Counted from the first letter of the stretch, positions 1 to 10,144 are shown. The stretch: DNA of 64,000 nt from Candidatus Micrarchaeia archaeon (GCA_038886535.1 JAVZXS010000001.1:214259-278258); one strand, 5' to 3'. Numbers and translations are program-made. Notes: a model not told the origin generated them from the letters alone.

Positions 1-39
1 TTCATTGGAAATTTCATTTTTTAATTTGTATTTTGCCAT
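1..39 (-). CDS. possible N-terminal fragment of a gene running off the left edge (MAKYKLKNEISNE...)
   Basis: ATG at 39-37 on the minus strand, open to the window edge; only 13 codons visible. Confidence 0.35.
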   Translation of the reverse strand, partial: MAKYKLKNEISNE

Positions 40-176
40 ATGAAAATAAAACATTTGGTATATATAAATATTATTTAAAGGCTACAATTTGGTTTGTTGA
101 AAATTGTGTAATTAATCAGAAAAAATAAAAAAACAAAAAAAGAAACCCACAAGGATTTATTAACGCATTGTGAATT

Positions 177-422
177 TTATATTTTTTCTCCTACTGCGCT
201 TTTTCCACGAACTTGTGTTATTTTTACTTTACAAGATTCTCCTGCAGATGTTCCAGGGACGAATATAACAAATCCTTGGATTTTTCCTATTCCATCTCCC
301 TTCCCACCAACAGCTTCTATTGTAAGGTCGACTTCGTCACCTTCCTTTACAGGTTTAGGTGCAAAATTTCCGCGGCCGCGGAATCTTCCGCGTCTGAATC
401 CGCCACGTCTTTCTTCTTCCAT
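177..422 (-). CDS. single TRAM-domain RNA-binding protein with RG/RGG-rich N-terminus
   Basis: PVKEGDEVDLTIEAVGGKGDGIGKIQGFVIFVPGT matches archaeal stand-alone TRAM proteins. Confidence 0.9.
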   Translation of the reverse strand: MEEERRGGFRRGRFRGRGNFAPKPVKEGDEVDLTIEAVGGKGDGIGKIQGFVIFVPGTSAGESCKVKITQVRGKSAVGEKI

Positions 423-671
423 TATTTCACACTCCAGATTCTGTCTTTAGTGGGACGTATTCTTTTTCTCAATCAAGCAAAGCAAAATCAGCAATCATCT
501 TAGATGTACTGTTTGTTTTCTTGTGAGAATTAGTATTTTAATCCCACATACTTTGTAATATAATATCAGATAATGTTTATATATCTATGTATCTTTTATG
601 TGCAGCCTGATTGTAATTATTAAGTTTTTAAATTTAATCTGACATTAATTAATAGAAGATAGGGTGGTATT

Positions 672-1355
672 TTGCCAAATAACAAAAAAGATGAGAAACT
701 AGATATTCAAGAGGAAACAGCTTCTTTTTTAGACATTAATCCAAAAGAGATGAAACGTTCTCTAATTTCAAATATAAAGAAACAATTAATTCTTTTTTCT
801 ATATCTCCCTTTACTACAGATGTCGTTCTTTCATATAAAATAGTCTATGATTTTCTAACTTCAAATCCAAATAAAAAGGCAGTATGGTTTTCAATCGACA
901 AGCCAGTTAACAAAGTTGTTAAGGAATTCAAAGATAATGGATTTGATATTCAAGACCATAGCGAAAGAATAATCTTTATTGATGCAATTAGTAAACCAAT
1001 TGCAGATTCAAAGAATAATAAAAATTTTACTGTCAACTTTATAGAAAATCCGGACAATCTAGTTGAGATCTCAATGACGCTTCAAGATATATTTTCCGAT
1101 CCGGCAATTGAAATTGCAGTGATTGATTCTTTAAATGGACTTCTCGCATTCAACAGTGAAAAAAATGTGTTAAAATTTATGCGTTTCTTATCAACTATTG
1201 CAGAAGAAACAGACACAGCCATTATATCAGTTTTTTATAAAGATGAATATCCTAAGGAATTAGAATCAGCATTTCAAATTCCTTGTGATGGATTGCTTCA
1301 AGTAAACGAAGATAAAATAGTCTTAAAAAAGAAATTAGAGACAATAACAATTTGA
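672..1355 (+). CDS. KaiC/RecA-like ATPase-fold protein, apparently lacking Walker A
   Basis: IIFIDAIS and AVIDSLNGLL Walker-B-like strands; no GxxGxGK[ST]. Confidence 0.6.
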   Translation: MPNNKKDEKLDIQEETASFLDINPKEMKRSLISNIKKQLILFSISPFTTDVVLSYKIVYDFLTSNPNKKAVWFSIDKPVNKVVKEFKDNGFDIQDHSERIIFIDAISKPIADSKNNKNFTVNFIENPDNLVEISMTLQDIFSDPAIEIAVIDSLNGLLAFNSEKNVLKFMRFLSTIAEETDTAIISVFYKDEYPKELESAFQIPCDGLLQVNEDKIVLKKKLETITI

Positions 1356-1394
1356 CTTATATATGGTCATAGTTGTTATTGATAGAGTGATTTA

Positions 1395-2435
1395 ATGAAA
1401 AGATTTATTCTATTGCTTGCTTTTTGTATGATTTTTCTTCCATCAATTCATTTACAAATAGCAAATGAGCAGCTCTTTGTAAGTATCAAATCAATAGACA
1501 CGATTATTAATATAAATTCAACCACAAATTTAAGTAAAATAATCCCTAATTACGAATATATTATTCCAATAACAATTAGTTGGAATGTTCCTGATACTTC
1601 TCTAAAAAATATAAATGCGGAAAATATTACTATATTTATTAAAGCCACAATTGAAAGCGGAAATGAATTTGTCTATTTTAAAGATGACAATAAAAGAGTT
1701 AATACTAGCTATATTATACTAGTTTGTCATCTAGATAAAAAATCATTAAGTGAGTCATTATGTAGTTTTAATTCAAGCTTGACAAAATCAATAAATGCCT
1801 ATGTTTATTTAAACAGTTCAAAATCAAATGAAATAAATTCAACTATACTTTTTAGTGCAAGTTTAACTCCATTTGAGGATTTTATTCCAATATATCAAGA
1901 ATCTCTGTCTCTTCGAAAAGAATTGGATGAAATTAAAAAGAATGTAAACATTTCAGATCCAGTACTAGAAACTAAAATTAACGAAATAGAGGAAGCCATC
2001 AACGCTTTTCATGTAGAAGAAGCAAGAACAGGAATTACAGATCTTAATTTAAAGACAGGAAATCTACTTGGTTTATTTTCTTTGATACCTGCTAAAATTA
2101 ATTCACTTTTGATGTCGCTCTTTAGTTTCTTAGCTCCAACTTCAAAAGTTTATATTCCAATTTTCTTATCAATTATAATAATTATATCTGCTCTGATTCT
2201 AAATCTAAGAAGAGGATCAAAATACGGAATAATAATAGCTGCAATATTGGTTATTTTTGCATCTTTATTTTCATTATTAGACCAATTAATTTTGATTTTA
2301 ATTGATTTATTACTAGTTATATTAATTCTTTCTATCATATATGCCAGAAAAAATAACGGTAAGAGAAGATTCAGAGCAAGCGACAATTATTTAGATTCTG
2401 ATTATGAGGAACTTATAAAGAGAAGAAATAGGTAA
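1395..2435 (+). CDS. hypothetical membrane/secreted protein
   Basis: N-terminal signal-like segment, many N-x-S/T sequons, about 3 C-terminal TM helices. Confidence 0.7.
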   Translation: MKRFILLLAFCMIFLPSIHLQIANEQLFVSIKSIDTIININSTTNLSKIIPNYEYIIPITISWNVPDTSLKNINAENITIFIKATIESGNEFVYFKDDNKRVNTSYIILVCHLDKKSLSESLCSFNSSLTKSINAYVYLNSSKSNEINSTILFSASLTPFEDFIPIYQESLSLRKELDEIKKNVNISDPVLETKINEIEEAINAFHVEEARTGITDLNLKTGNLLGLFSLIPAKINSLLMSLFSFLAPTSKVYIPIFLSIIIIISALILNLRRGSKYGIIIAAILVIFASLFSLLDQLILILIDLLLVILILSIIYARKNNGKRRFRASDNYLDSDYEELIKRRNR

Positions 2436-2456
2436 GTAAGAATCTAAAAATATAAT

Positions 2457-2747
2457 GGAGCGGCAGACTATAGTCGATCTTTTGTATATGCAGCATTCGA
2501 CTAAGCGGCTCAAAGGCCTTGCATCTCATCGTGTGATGTGAGTCGTTTCATTCAACTGTATCGTCTCCTTTCGTCATTCTCATCCTTTACAGTTGATTCG
2601 TTTCTAGTCTCACATCATGCCCTTAAAGCATTTTTTCACTCGATGGATCGAACTTCCTCAGAAATAACAGAGTTTTTCGAACTCTTTAGCACATCTGCTA
2701 TTTGAGATCGATAACTGTTATTTCCGTTAGCTGCAGTCCACCACTCC
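2457..2747 (-). ncRNA. rnpB: RNase P RNA (compact, type-M-like)
   Basis: P1 GGAGTGGTGGACT/AGTCTGCCGCTCC; CR-I GAGGAAGTTCGATC pairs with CR-V ACAAAAGATCGACT (P4 with bulged U); CR-II ACTAGAAAC; CR-III TGAAAC; CR-IV TAGTCGAATG; P2 GCAGC/GCTGC. Confidence 0.92.
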
Positions 2748-2836
2748 AAAGTATTTACTAAATCAGAGTATATAAATCTAACTTTTAATCTAAAAATTGT
2801 AAGCAAAGATAAATAGAACAAATTAAAAAGAAATCG

Positions 2837-3028
2837 TTAATCTTTTGTACCTAGTGCTTTGGAGATTATATCTAAGATACAGAATCCAGTAAATGCACCC
2901 TGTATCATCATCAAAGCCACAAAAGCAGCGAGTGCAATACCTATGGTTACATTACCACTATAAGCCAAAAACGCCCCTATAAGAATAAGTAATCCTCTTC
3001 CAAGGTCCCTAATTTGTGCCATTTTCAT
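2837..3028 (-). CDS. DUF2892/YgaP-like small membrane protein
   Basis: two TM helices followed by TGFC motif. Confidence 0.65.
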   Translation of the reverse strand: MKMAQIRDLGRGLLILIGAFLAYSGNVTIGIALAAFVALMMIQGAFTGFCILDIISKALGTKD

Positions 3029-3056
3029 ATTTTCTCCACCTTCGCAATGTTTTTAG

Positions 3057-3131
3057 CGGGCCCGAGGGGATTTGAACCCCTGACCTGCCGGTTAAAAGCC
3101 GGACGCTCTGGCCAAGCTGAGCTACGGGCCC
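3057..3131 (-). tRNA. tRNA-Lys(UUU), CCA not encoded
   Basis: GGGCCCGTAGCTCAG...CCGG CT TTT AA CCGG...GGTTCAAATCC...CGGGCCCG cloverleaf. Confidence 0.97.
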
Positions 3132-3263
3132 ATAAAGATATAAAAGAGATTAGTAAATATTATTGCCAGATTATTTTATTAAATGTTTCTATTTTAACTA
3201 AACGGACGTTAGAAATTTTTGTATATTATTTTTGTTATTTTTATATGTAGTTTTCAAAGAAAG

Positions 3264-3670
3264 ATGAAAGAATCAGCTAGTTTGGAAAAGGACATTAAAT
3301 TTCAAAAATCAATTTCTGAGAATATCGATGATAAATTTAGTAAGATACTTCCTTTAGGAATAGTTGATTTTTGTTTAAAATCTGATGAGCCAATAGATTT
3401 TTCTTTTATTATATCTAATGGAATTGATAATATTAAAATTATTCGATTAAATTCATACAAATGATAATTTTTTCCTTTGTTGCAAGAAAAACATGCAAGC
3501 AAATAAAAATAACTTTATAAGAAAGATATCTAAAACAGATGAATTGTGCCACAATGCAGAAATTATGACTTTGAAAACGCTTTTAATTACTTATGCATAT
3601 GCTTCTAGTCATGATCCATTTAAAATAGATTCAATTCAAGATAAAATAAAATTAGAAGTTAGTTCAGTCT
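3264..3670 (+). pseudogene. possible degraded/frameshifted hypothetical gene
   Basis: two consecutive open stretches in different frames (3219-3464, 3493 onward) fill an otherwise empty ~500 bp gap; no family recognised. Confidence 0.25.
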
Positions 3671-3671
3671 G

Positions 3672-5141
3672 TTATATTTCTATCTTCTTAAATAGCATTA
3701 CTGCTTTTAATTCATGCCCTTCTTTTAGAACTGGTTTTTCAACATCTTTCCATTCAGGTTTTATACCGAGTGATTCACATGCGATTTTTCCAGAATTTGG
3801 CATGAATGGATAATATAAAAGTACAGATGTCCTAAGAAGCTGAGCTCCGAAATTAAGGACTGAACCTGCCTTTTCTTTATCTTCCTTAATTATTTTCCAA
3901 GGTTCATTTTCTTGGATGTATTTATTTGCGATTGTTGAAACCTCTACTGCAGTTGAAAGCGCTTTTGTAAGTTCATATTCCTGCATTTCGCTTTCATATC
4001 TTTTTACAAGAGAGGAGATCTGATTAAGAATTTCATTTTCCTTTTCGCCATATTTTGCTGAAGGAAGCTTTCCATTATAGTTTTTCTGTATAAAGGAAGT
4101 TATTCTATAGAAAAGATTGCTATAATTTGCAACAACCTCGTTATTTATTCTCTCTTTAAGTGCAACTTCTGAGAAATCTCCATCCTCACCAAGAGAAATG
4201 TCTCTTAACATGTAATATCTAATTCCATCAATTGTATATTTTTCAGAGAGACTAACAGGGTCTATTACATTTCCTAAAGATTTAGACATCTTTTGACCGT
4301 TTACTGTAAAGAATCCATGCACATACATAGTTTTTGGTAGAGGATATCCTGCAGACATCAGCATACCTATCCAAGTTATGCAATGGAATCTCGCAATATC
4401 TTTTCCAAGAAGTTGGACCTCTGGTGGCCAGTATTTTTCAGGTAATAGATAATTAATCAATGCATCAAACCATACCCAAAACTTGTGATCCTTGTCTATA
4501 GGAAGATCTATTCCCCATTTTAAACCTGGTCTTGAGATAGATGTATCAATTAAACCTTGCTTAAGGAAGCTAATTATTTCATTTCTTCTTTTTTCTGGCT
4601 TTATGAAATCAGGGTTTTTTTCTATATGTTCCAATATCTTGTCTCTATACTTAGATAGTTTAAAATAGTAATTTTCTTCTCTTATCTTCTTTAGCTGTTT
4701 TTTGTGAATAGGACACAACCCATCTGGTGCATCTTTTTCCAGTTTAAACTCTTCACATCCGTCGCAATATAATCCTTCATACACTCCTTTATATATATCT
4801 CCCTTTTCATAGATTTTGGTAAAGAACTTGATAACATTTTTCTTATGTCTTTCCTCTGTAGTTCTTATGAAGTCATCATAAGTAAGATTTAGCTTCTGCC
4901 ACGCGTTTTTCCATTTTTCAGCCATTTCATCTGTGTATTTTTGTATATCACTGTATCCCTTTGCCTCTGCAGCCTGAACCGTCTTTACTGAATTTTCATC
5001 AAGTCCAGTTAAGAAGAAAGTATCGTCCCCTTTCATTCTATGCCATATTGCAAGAATGTCTGCAATTATTGTAGTGTATGCGCTTCCAATATGTGGTAGA
5101 TCATTAATATAATATATTGGAGTTGTAACATAGAATTTCAT
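3672..5141 (-). CDS. metG: methionine--tRNA ligase (short, single Zn knuckle)
   Basis: YVTTPIYY, HIGS, CDGC...CPIH, WFDAL, GKDI, KMSKS. Confidence 0.97.
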   Translation of the reverse strand: MKFYVTTPIYYINDLPHIGSAYTTIIADILAIWHRMKGDDTFFLTGLDENSVKTVQAAEAKGYSDIQKYTDEMAEKWKNAWQKLNLTYDDFIRTTEERHKKNVIKFFTKIYEKGDIYKGVYEGLYCDGCEEFKLEKDAPDGLCPIHKKQLKKIREENYYFKLSKYRDKILEHIEKNPDFIKPEKRRNEIISFLKQGLIDTSISRPGLKWGIDLPIDKDHKFWVWFDALINYLLPEKYWPPEVQLLGKDIARFHCITWIGMLMSAGYPLPKTMYVHGFFTVNGQKMSKSLGNVIDPVSLSEKYTIDGIRYYMLRDISLGEDGDFSEVALKERINNEVVANYSNLFYRITSFIQKNYNGKLPSAKYGEKENEILNQISSLVKRYESEMQEYELTKALSTAVEVSTIANKYIQENEPWKIIKEDKEKAGSVLNFGAQLLRTSVLLYYPFMPNSGKIACESLGIKPEWKDVEKPVLKEGHELKAVMLFKKIEI

Positions 5142-5388
5142 TCTATCCCCTGTTCATAATCACCAGAAATATGGTTATAAAAAATATATAAATTACACAA
5201 TATATTTATCAGTTGATATATTTTATAATTTAACTGTTTAATTCGTCTGTTCAAATAAGTTATTAATTTATTCGAATAAAGATTATTAGTAGTGGGGGGT
5301 CAGATTAAGTTTATTAAGATATCGCTGTTGAAATTTTAAATGTTTAAAGTATCTTTATTTTCTAGTCTGTGATATTTAATGTGATAAA

Positions 5389-7431
5389 ATGATTCAACCA
5401 GATCTTTCTCCAATAACTCAAAAATTCGAAGAATTCTTTACAGACAAATATAGTAAGGAGTTTCAGATCTTGAAGAATCTTTATCCGGAGAAAAGAAGTT
5501 TTTATTTTTCATATAAAGAATTGCACAAATATGACCATGAATTCGCAGAGAAATTAATTGACAATCCAGATACATATTTAAAGGCAGCAGAATTAGCTCT
5601 CATTTCTATGGCTGGAGAAGAAAAGAAAAACTTTGAACCTCATGCGAGAGTTGAAGAAGTTGAGACAGCTGAAAAAACAGTTCTAATTCAAGACATAGGA
5701 TCAGAACATATTCATAAATTGATAAGTGTAACAGGTGTGGTAACAAAACGTGCAGAAATAAGACCAAAAGTGAATGTTGCAATTTATAATTGTACAAACT
5801 GTGGAAATACTGAGAAGGTTGTAATGGAGAAAGGAGTATATATTCCAGATACATGTAGCAACTGTAGAAAAAGAACTCTTGAACTTGATGAAAAAGCCTC
5901 AAAATTTATGAATATTCAGCGTGCAGAAATACAAGAACTTCTTGAAAGAGTAAGGAGCGGTTCTCCAGCAAGCCATATCGAGCTTTTCTTAGATGATGAT
6001 CTTTGTAATACAATAATCCCTGGGGATACAATTGAAGTTGTAGGAATTGTAAGATTAAGGCACGTAGGTAAGGCAAAAGATCCTATCTATTCAAAGTATA
6101 TAGATGTAGTTTCAATAAGAAATACTCAAAGAGAATTTGAAGAAGTTGAATTGACAAAAGAAGATATTAAAAAAATACAGGAATTTGCAAGGCAACCTAA
6201 TGTATTTGAGATAATAACTAACTCAATTGCTCCTTCAATTTATGGTCATAGAGAGATGAAGCAAGCAATTGCACTTCAATTATTTGGAGGGAATCCAGAT
6301 AAAGTTCTTCCAGAAGGTGGAAGAATAAGAAGTGACATCCATATATTATTAATAGGAGATCCTGGTGCTGCAAAGACAAGGATGCTTCAATATGTGACTT
6401 CATTGGCACCTAAGAGCATTTATGTAAGTGGTAAGTCGGTATCAGGGGTAGGTCTTACTGCGAGTGCAGAGAAAGACGATTTAGGAGAGGGCTGGACGCT
6501 CAAGGCAGGAGCATTAGTCCTTGCATCAGGAGGTCTTGCAGCTGTCGATGAGTTTGATAAAATAGACGATACAGAAAGAGCAGCTCTCCATGAAGTAATG
6601 GAGTCTGGAACCGTTTCAATAGCAAAAGCAGGAATTGTTGCTAAGTTCAAGGCAAAAACATCAATTCTTGCAGCTGCAAATCCTAAATTCGGAAGATTTG
6701 ATCCTAATCAGCTTATTGCAATTCAATTCGATATTCCACCAACTCTTCAAAGTAGATTTGATTTAATATTTCCAATTAGAGATGTAATAGATGAGAATTC
6801 AGATAGAAAATTAGCAAGATACCTTTTAGAAACACACAAAAATGCAGCAGAGAATATAATTCCAGAGTCTAAAGAAGAAAAAGTTGATACTGATTTCTTG
6901 AGGAAGTATATTGCTTACGCACGGAAAAACATCAAGCCTAAACTATCACCAGAAGCTCAGAATAGGATCGAGTCATTTTATGTTCAATTAAGAGAGATGG
7001 GTAAAAGACAGGGTGCAGTTCCAATTACTCCGCGTCAAATTGAAGGTATAATTCGTTTAAGCGAGGCAAGTGCAAAGTCAAGGCTGTCTGAAGTTGTTGA
7101 GCTTAGAGACGCAGAGCTTGCAATTAGCTTAATGGAATATGTACTAAAAGAGATTGCTTTGGATAGAAGCACAGGTGCAATCAACATAGATATAATTGCA
7201 ACAGGTCAACCTAAATCAAAACAGCAACAGTACTATGATTTATATGGTGCTATGAGGGAATTAAGCAAGCAATTTGATCCAATACCTAAAGAAAAAATAT
7301 ACGAAGAAGGAATTAACAACCTGAAGCTTGAAGAAAGAACAATAAGAATGATTTTGGATGAAATGCTTAAGAAAGGAGAGATCTTTGAACCTAAGCCAGG
7401 CCACTTTAAGATAGTGCACACGTATGAATAA
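5389..7431 (+). CDS. mcm: MCM replicative helicase
   Basis: CxxC...CxxC Zn motif, GDPGAAK Walker A, VDEFDK Walker B, SRFD arginine finger. Confidence 0.98.
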   Translation: MIQPDLSPITQKFEEFFTDKYSKEFQILKNLYPEKRSFYFSYKELHKYDHEFAEKLIDNPDTYLKAAELALISMAGEEKKNFEPHARVEEVETAEKTVLIQDIGSEHIHKLISVTGVVTKRAEIRPKVNVAIYNCTNCGNTEKVVMEKGVYIPDTCSNCRKRTLELDEKASKFMNIQRAEIQELLERVRSGSPASHIELFLDDDLCNTIIPGDTIEVVGIVRLRHVGKAKDPIYSKYIDVVSIRNTQREFEEVELTKEDIKKIQEFARQPNVFEIITNSIAPSIYGHREMKQAIALQLFGGNPDKVLPEGGRIRSDIHILLIGDPGAAKTRMLQYVTSLAPKSIYVSGKSVSGVGLTASAEKDDLGEGWTLKAGALVLASGGLAAVDEFDKIDDTERAALHEVMESGTVSIAKAGIVAKFKAKTSILAAANPKFGRFDPNQLIAIQFDIPPTLQSRFDLIFPIRDVIDENSDRKLARYLLETHKNAAENIIPESKEEKVDTDFLRKYIAYARKNIKPKLSPEAQNRIESFYVQLREMGKRQGAVPITPRQIEGIIRLSEASAKSRLSEVVELRDAELAISLMEYVLKEIALDRSTGAINIDIIATGQPKSKQQQYYDLYGAMRELSKQFDPIPKEKIYEEGINNLKLEERTIRMILDEMLKKGEIFEPKPGHFKIVHTYE

Positions 7432-7547
7432 CTAATCTAACAATTGATATGCTTCTAATTTTGAATATTATTTTAAATTTATCATTTCAAATAAAAAATA
7501 AGAGAATAATATGAGTTAATGTCAGATTAATTATTTAAGTGATTAGA

Positions 7548-8429
7548 ATGAAGGCATTAGATATTGTTTTGATTTTGTTTCTGTTGGCGCAGCTAATTTC
7601 GTTAGGCGTTGGCGTTCTTCTTATTGAGGGAGCGAAAACAAATCCGGCTCTTTCTGCATTGAACATTGCTCCAGACGAATCTTATTCAATATCAAATTCG
7701 TTCTATCTTTTAATCTCAATTCTTATAGGTGCAGCTTTGATACTAATTCTATTATTAATGCCTTTCAAAAAATACTTGATACTCATAGTTGAATTTATCT
7801 CAGCTATGTTTGCTTCATTCGTCGTCTTTTTCGTTTTCCTATCTGCATTTAATATAAGCTATGCAGATTTTATAGCACTTATACTTTCTTTATTATTGTT
7901 TATATTAAGGATGGTTTTCATTTCTTTCAGGAATCTTCTTGCAATAATTGCGGCAGCAGGCATAGGTGCAGTGATCGCATTCTCAATTGATCCGATTCCT
8001 TTATTTATATTCGTTATCTTACTTGCAATTTATGATATACTCGCTGTAAGATGGACGAAGCATATGGTAAAGTTCGCCCAGTACTTTATGAAAGAGAAGA
8101 CATCTTTTTCAATTGGATTTGAAGGAATAAGACAAATAAAGGTCAGGGAAGAAGGAAAGATAATAACTAAGGAACAGCCTTGGCATATCGAACTGGGAAC
8201 AGGTGATGCTGCTGTTGCGTCCATGATAACAGTAGTATCTTATAAGCTTGGAGGCTTAATCTTTCCAACTGTTTCAATGCTTGCTGCAACATTTGGACTT
8301 TATCTAGTTTTTGTTAATGCAGCCAGAAGGAAAGAGATAATGCCAGCCCTACCATTCATTGTTGGAGCATCACTCATTGCAATATTAATAGTTTCAGGAT
8401 TGCTGAGTATATTAAATATATCTTTTTAA
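7548..8429 (+). CDS. presenilin/SPP-family GxGD intramembrane aspartyl protease
   Basis: YD, LGTGD and PAL motifs in a multi-TM protein. Confidence 0.9.
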   Translation: MKALDIVLILFLLAQLISLGVGVLLIEGAKTNPALSALNIAPDESYSISNSFYLLISILIGAALILILLLMPFKKYLILIVEFISAMFASFVVFFVFLSAFNISYADFIALILSLLLFILRMVFISFRNLLAIIAAAGIGAVIAFSIDPIPLFIFVILLAIYDILAVRWTKHMVKFAQYFMKEKTSFSIGFEGIRQIKVREEGKIITKEQPWHIELGTGDAAVASMITVVSYKLGGLIFPTVSMLAATFGLYLVFVNAARRKEIMPALPFIVGASLIAILIVSGLLSILNISF

Positions 8430-8528
8430 TTTACTTTGCTTAAATAAATGCAGCAGCACGGTAAGGCTTATTCTTTATAAACCTTCATAACAATATTATA
8501 ATACTGTAAATATTTAGTTTGTGATTTT

Positions 8529-8951
8529 ATGAGCATCGATGTAAATGATTATGAAAAATTGCTAGATAAGGCATATTCAGAACTTCCAGAAAAAAGAGTT
8601 ACAAAAGAACGTTTAGAAATTCCACTTCCAGAGACGCTTGTTCAAGGAAATAGGACTATAGTAAAGAATTTTGAATCAATAACCAACAAGATGAGAAGAG
8701 ATCCAAGGCATGTTGGAAAGTTCCTTGCAAAGGAATTGGCAACAAGTTTTAATATAGAAGGAGGAAAGCTTGTCTTAAATACAAAAGTTAATGATAAGCT
8801 CTTAAATGAAAAGCTCAAGCAATACATGGAGATATTCCTCTACTGCAAGCAATGCAAGCTTCCAGATACAAGGTTAGAAGAGGTTGAAAGAGGCCTTATG
8901 TTAATGGTTTGCGAAGCATGCGGTGCTCGTTCGTCAGTTCCAAAAGTCTGA
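8529..8951 (+). CDS. eif2b: translation initiation factor aIF2 beta
   Basis: YEKLLDKAY, CKQCKLPDT, CEACGA. Confidence 0.95.
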   Translation: MSIDVNDYEKLLDKAYSELPEKRVTKERLEIPLPETLVQGNRTIVKNFESITNKMRRDPRHVGKFLAKELATSFNIEGGKLVLNTKVNDKLLNEKLKQYMEIFLYCKQCKLPDTRLEEVERGLMLMVCEACGARSSVPKV

Positions 8952-8994
8952 TTAATTATATTTATTAGTTTATTTCATTTAATATGGTGGTTTA

Positions 8995-9300
8995 TTGACA
9001 GAACAAAATCAAGGAGAACAGGTACTTAGAGTTAGAACGCCTAAAGATAAGGAGGTTTTGGGCCTTATTATCGGAAGAGTAGGTGGAAGTAGATTCATAG
9101 TGTTATGCTCAGATAAGAAAGAAAGACTTTGCAGGGTGCCAGGAAAAATAAAACATGACATCTGGGTTAAGGAAGGGGATTATGTTATAGTAGAGCCATG
9201 GGCAATTGAGAGCGATAAGAAAGGAGACATAATTTGGAGATATACAAAGATTCAAGCAGATTGGCTTAGAAGACACGGATTTTTGAAGGATCTCGAATAA
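8995..9300 (+). CDS. eif1a: translation initiation factor aIF1A
   Basis: RLCRVPGK...WVKEGDYVIV...KGDIIWRY; TTG start. Confidence 0.95.
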   Translation: MTEQNQGEQVLRVRTPKDKEVLGLIIGRVGGSRFIVLCSDKKERLCRVPGKIKHDIWVKEGDYVIVEPWAIESDKKGDIIWRYTKIQADWLRRHGFLKDLE

Positions 9301-9334
9301 TCTCATATCTTTGTTTCCTATTGTTAGATTTGGG

Positions 9335-10144
9335 ATGATTATGCCTCTTGATGAATTCGAATTTTTAGATAAGGCAATAAAAGCAAAGAAAGAAAAGAAA
9401 AAGATCGAGAGTGAAGTTTTTGATCCGAAGGTTTTAGACATCTTGATTCATCTTTTAAATAACAAGTATATAGAGAGCATAGACTTTCCAATTTCAAAAG
9501 GAAAGGAAGCATATGTTTTCAGAGCAACTAAGGGAAGCAAACTCCTGAATCAAGATTTAAAGAAGAAAAAGTCTAAGTTTGCTGCTTTAAAGATATATAT
9601 GATAGAAACATCTGACTTTAAGCACATGCAGAATTATATAAGAGGGGATCCAAGATTTAGAAAAGTACCGCATTCCAAGAAAGAGATAGTATATGAATGG
9701 ACTAAAAAGGAATTTAGGAATCTAAGACTTTGCTATGAAGAGGGAATAAGTGTTCCAGAGCCATATTACTTTAGAAATAATGTTCTTTTAATGGATTTTA
9801 TAGGAGATGAAAACGGCACTCCAGCCCCTTTGCTTAAAAAAGTAGGACCGCCAGAGCCAAAGAAAAATTTCAATCAAATAATAAAGGAAATAAAGAAGCT
9901 TTATTCGATTGGACTTGTACACAGTGATCTAAGCGAATACAACATTCTTGTAACTACAGATTCAGAAGGGAAAAAAAGTAAGCTACATATAATAGATGTG
10001 GGACAAACTGTGTTATTAGATCATCCAATGGCTAACGAATTTTTTGAAAGGGATATTAGAAATCTAGTAAGATATTTCTCAGAATTTGGTGTTAAGGCAG
10101 ATGCAGATAAAATAATAAAAGAGATAAAAGAAACAAAAAGATAG
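9335..10144 (+). CDS. rio1: RIO1-family protein kinase
   Basis: SKGKEAYVF, LKIY, GDPRF, LVHSDLSEYN, IIDVGQ; start uncertain. Confidence 0.95.
   Translation: MIMPLDEFEFLDKAIKAKKEKKKIESEVFDPKVLDILIHLLNNKYIESIDFPISKGKEAYVFRATKGSKLLNQDLKKKKSKFAALKIYMIETSDFKHMQNYIRGDPRFRKVPHSKKEIVYEWTKKEFRNLRLCYEEGISVPEPYYFRNNVLLMDFIGDENGTPAPLLKKVGPPEPKKNFNQIIKEIKKLYSIGLVHSDLSEYNILVTTDSEGKKSKLHIIDVGQTVLLDHPMANEFFERDIRNLVRYFSEFGVKADADKIIKEIKETKR

Noticed and set aside
2636..2821. 61-aa minus-strand ORF
   Set aside because: Overlaps the RNase P RNA; no protein features
3014..3250. 78-aa plus-strand ORF (GPRGFEPLT...)
   Set aside because: Antisense translation of tRNA-Lys
5270..5388. canonical ORB/oriC upstream of mcm
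   Set aside because: Only a G-run and AT-rich DNA; no TCCA-N-TGGAAA-type ORB repeats and no cdc6 in the window
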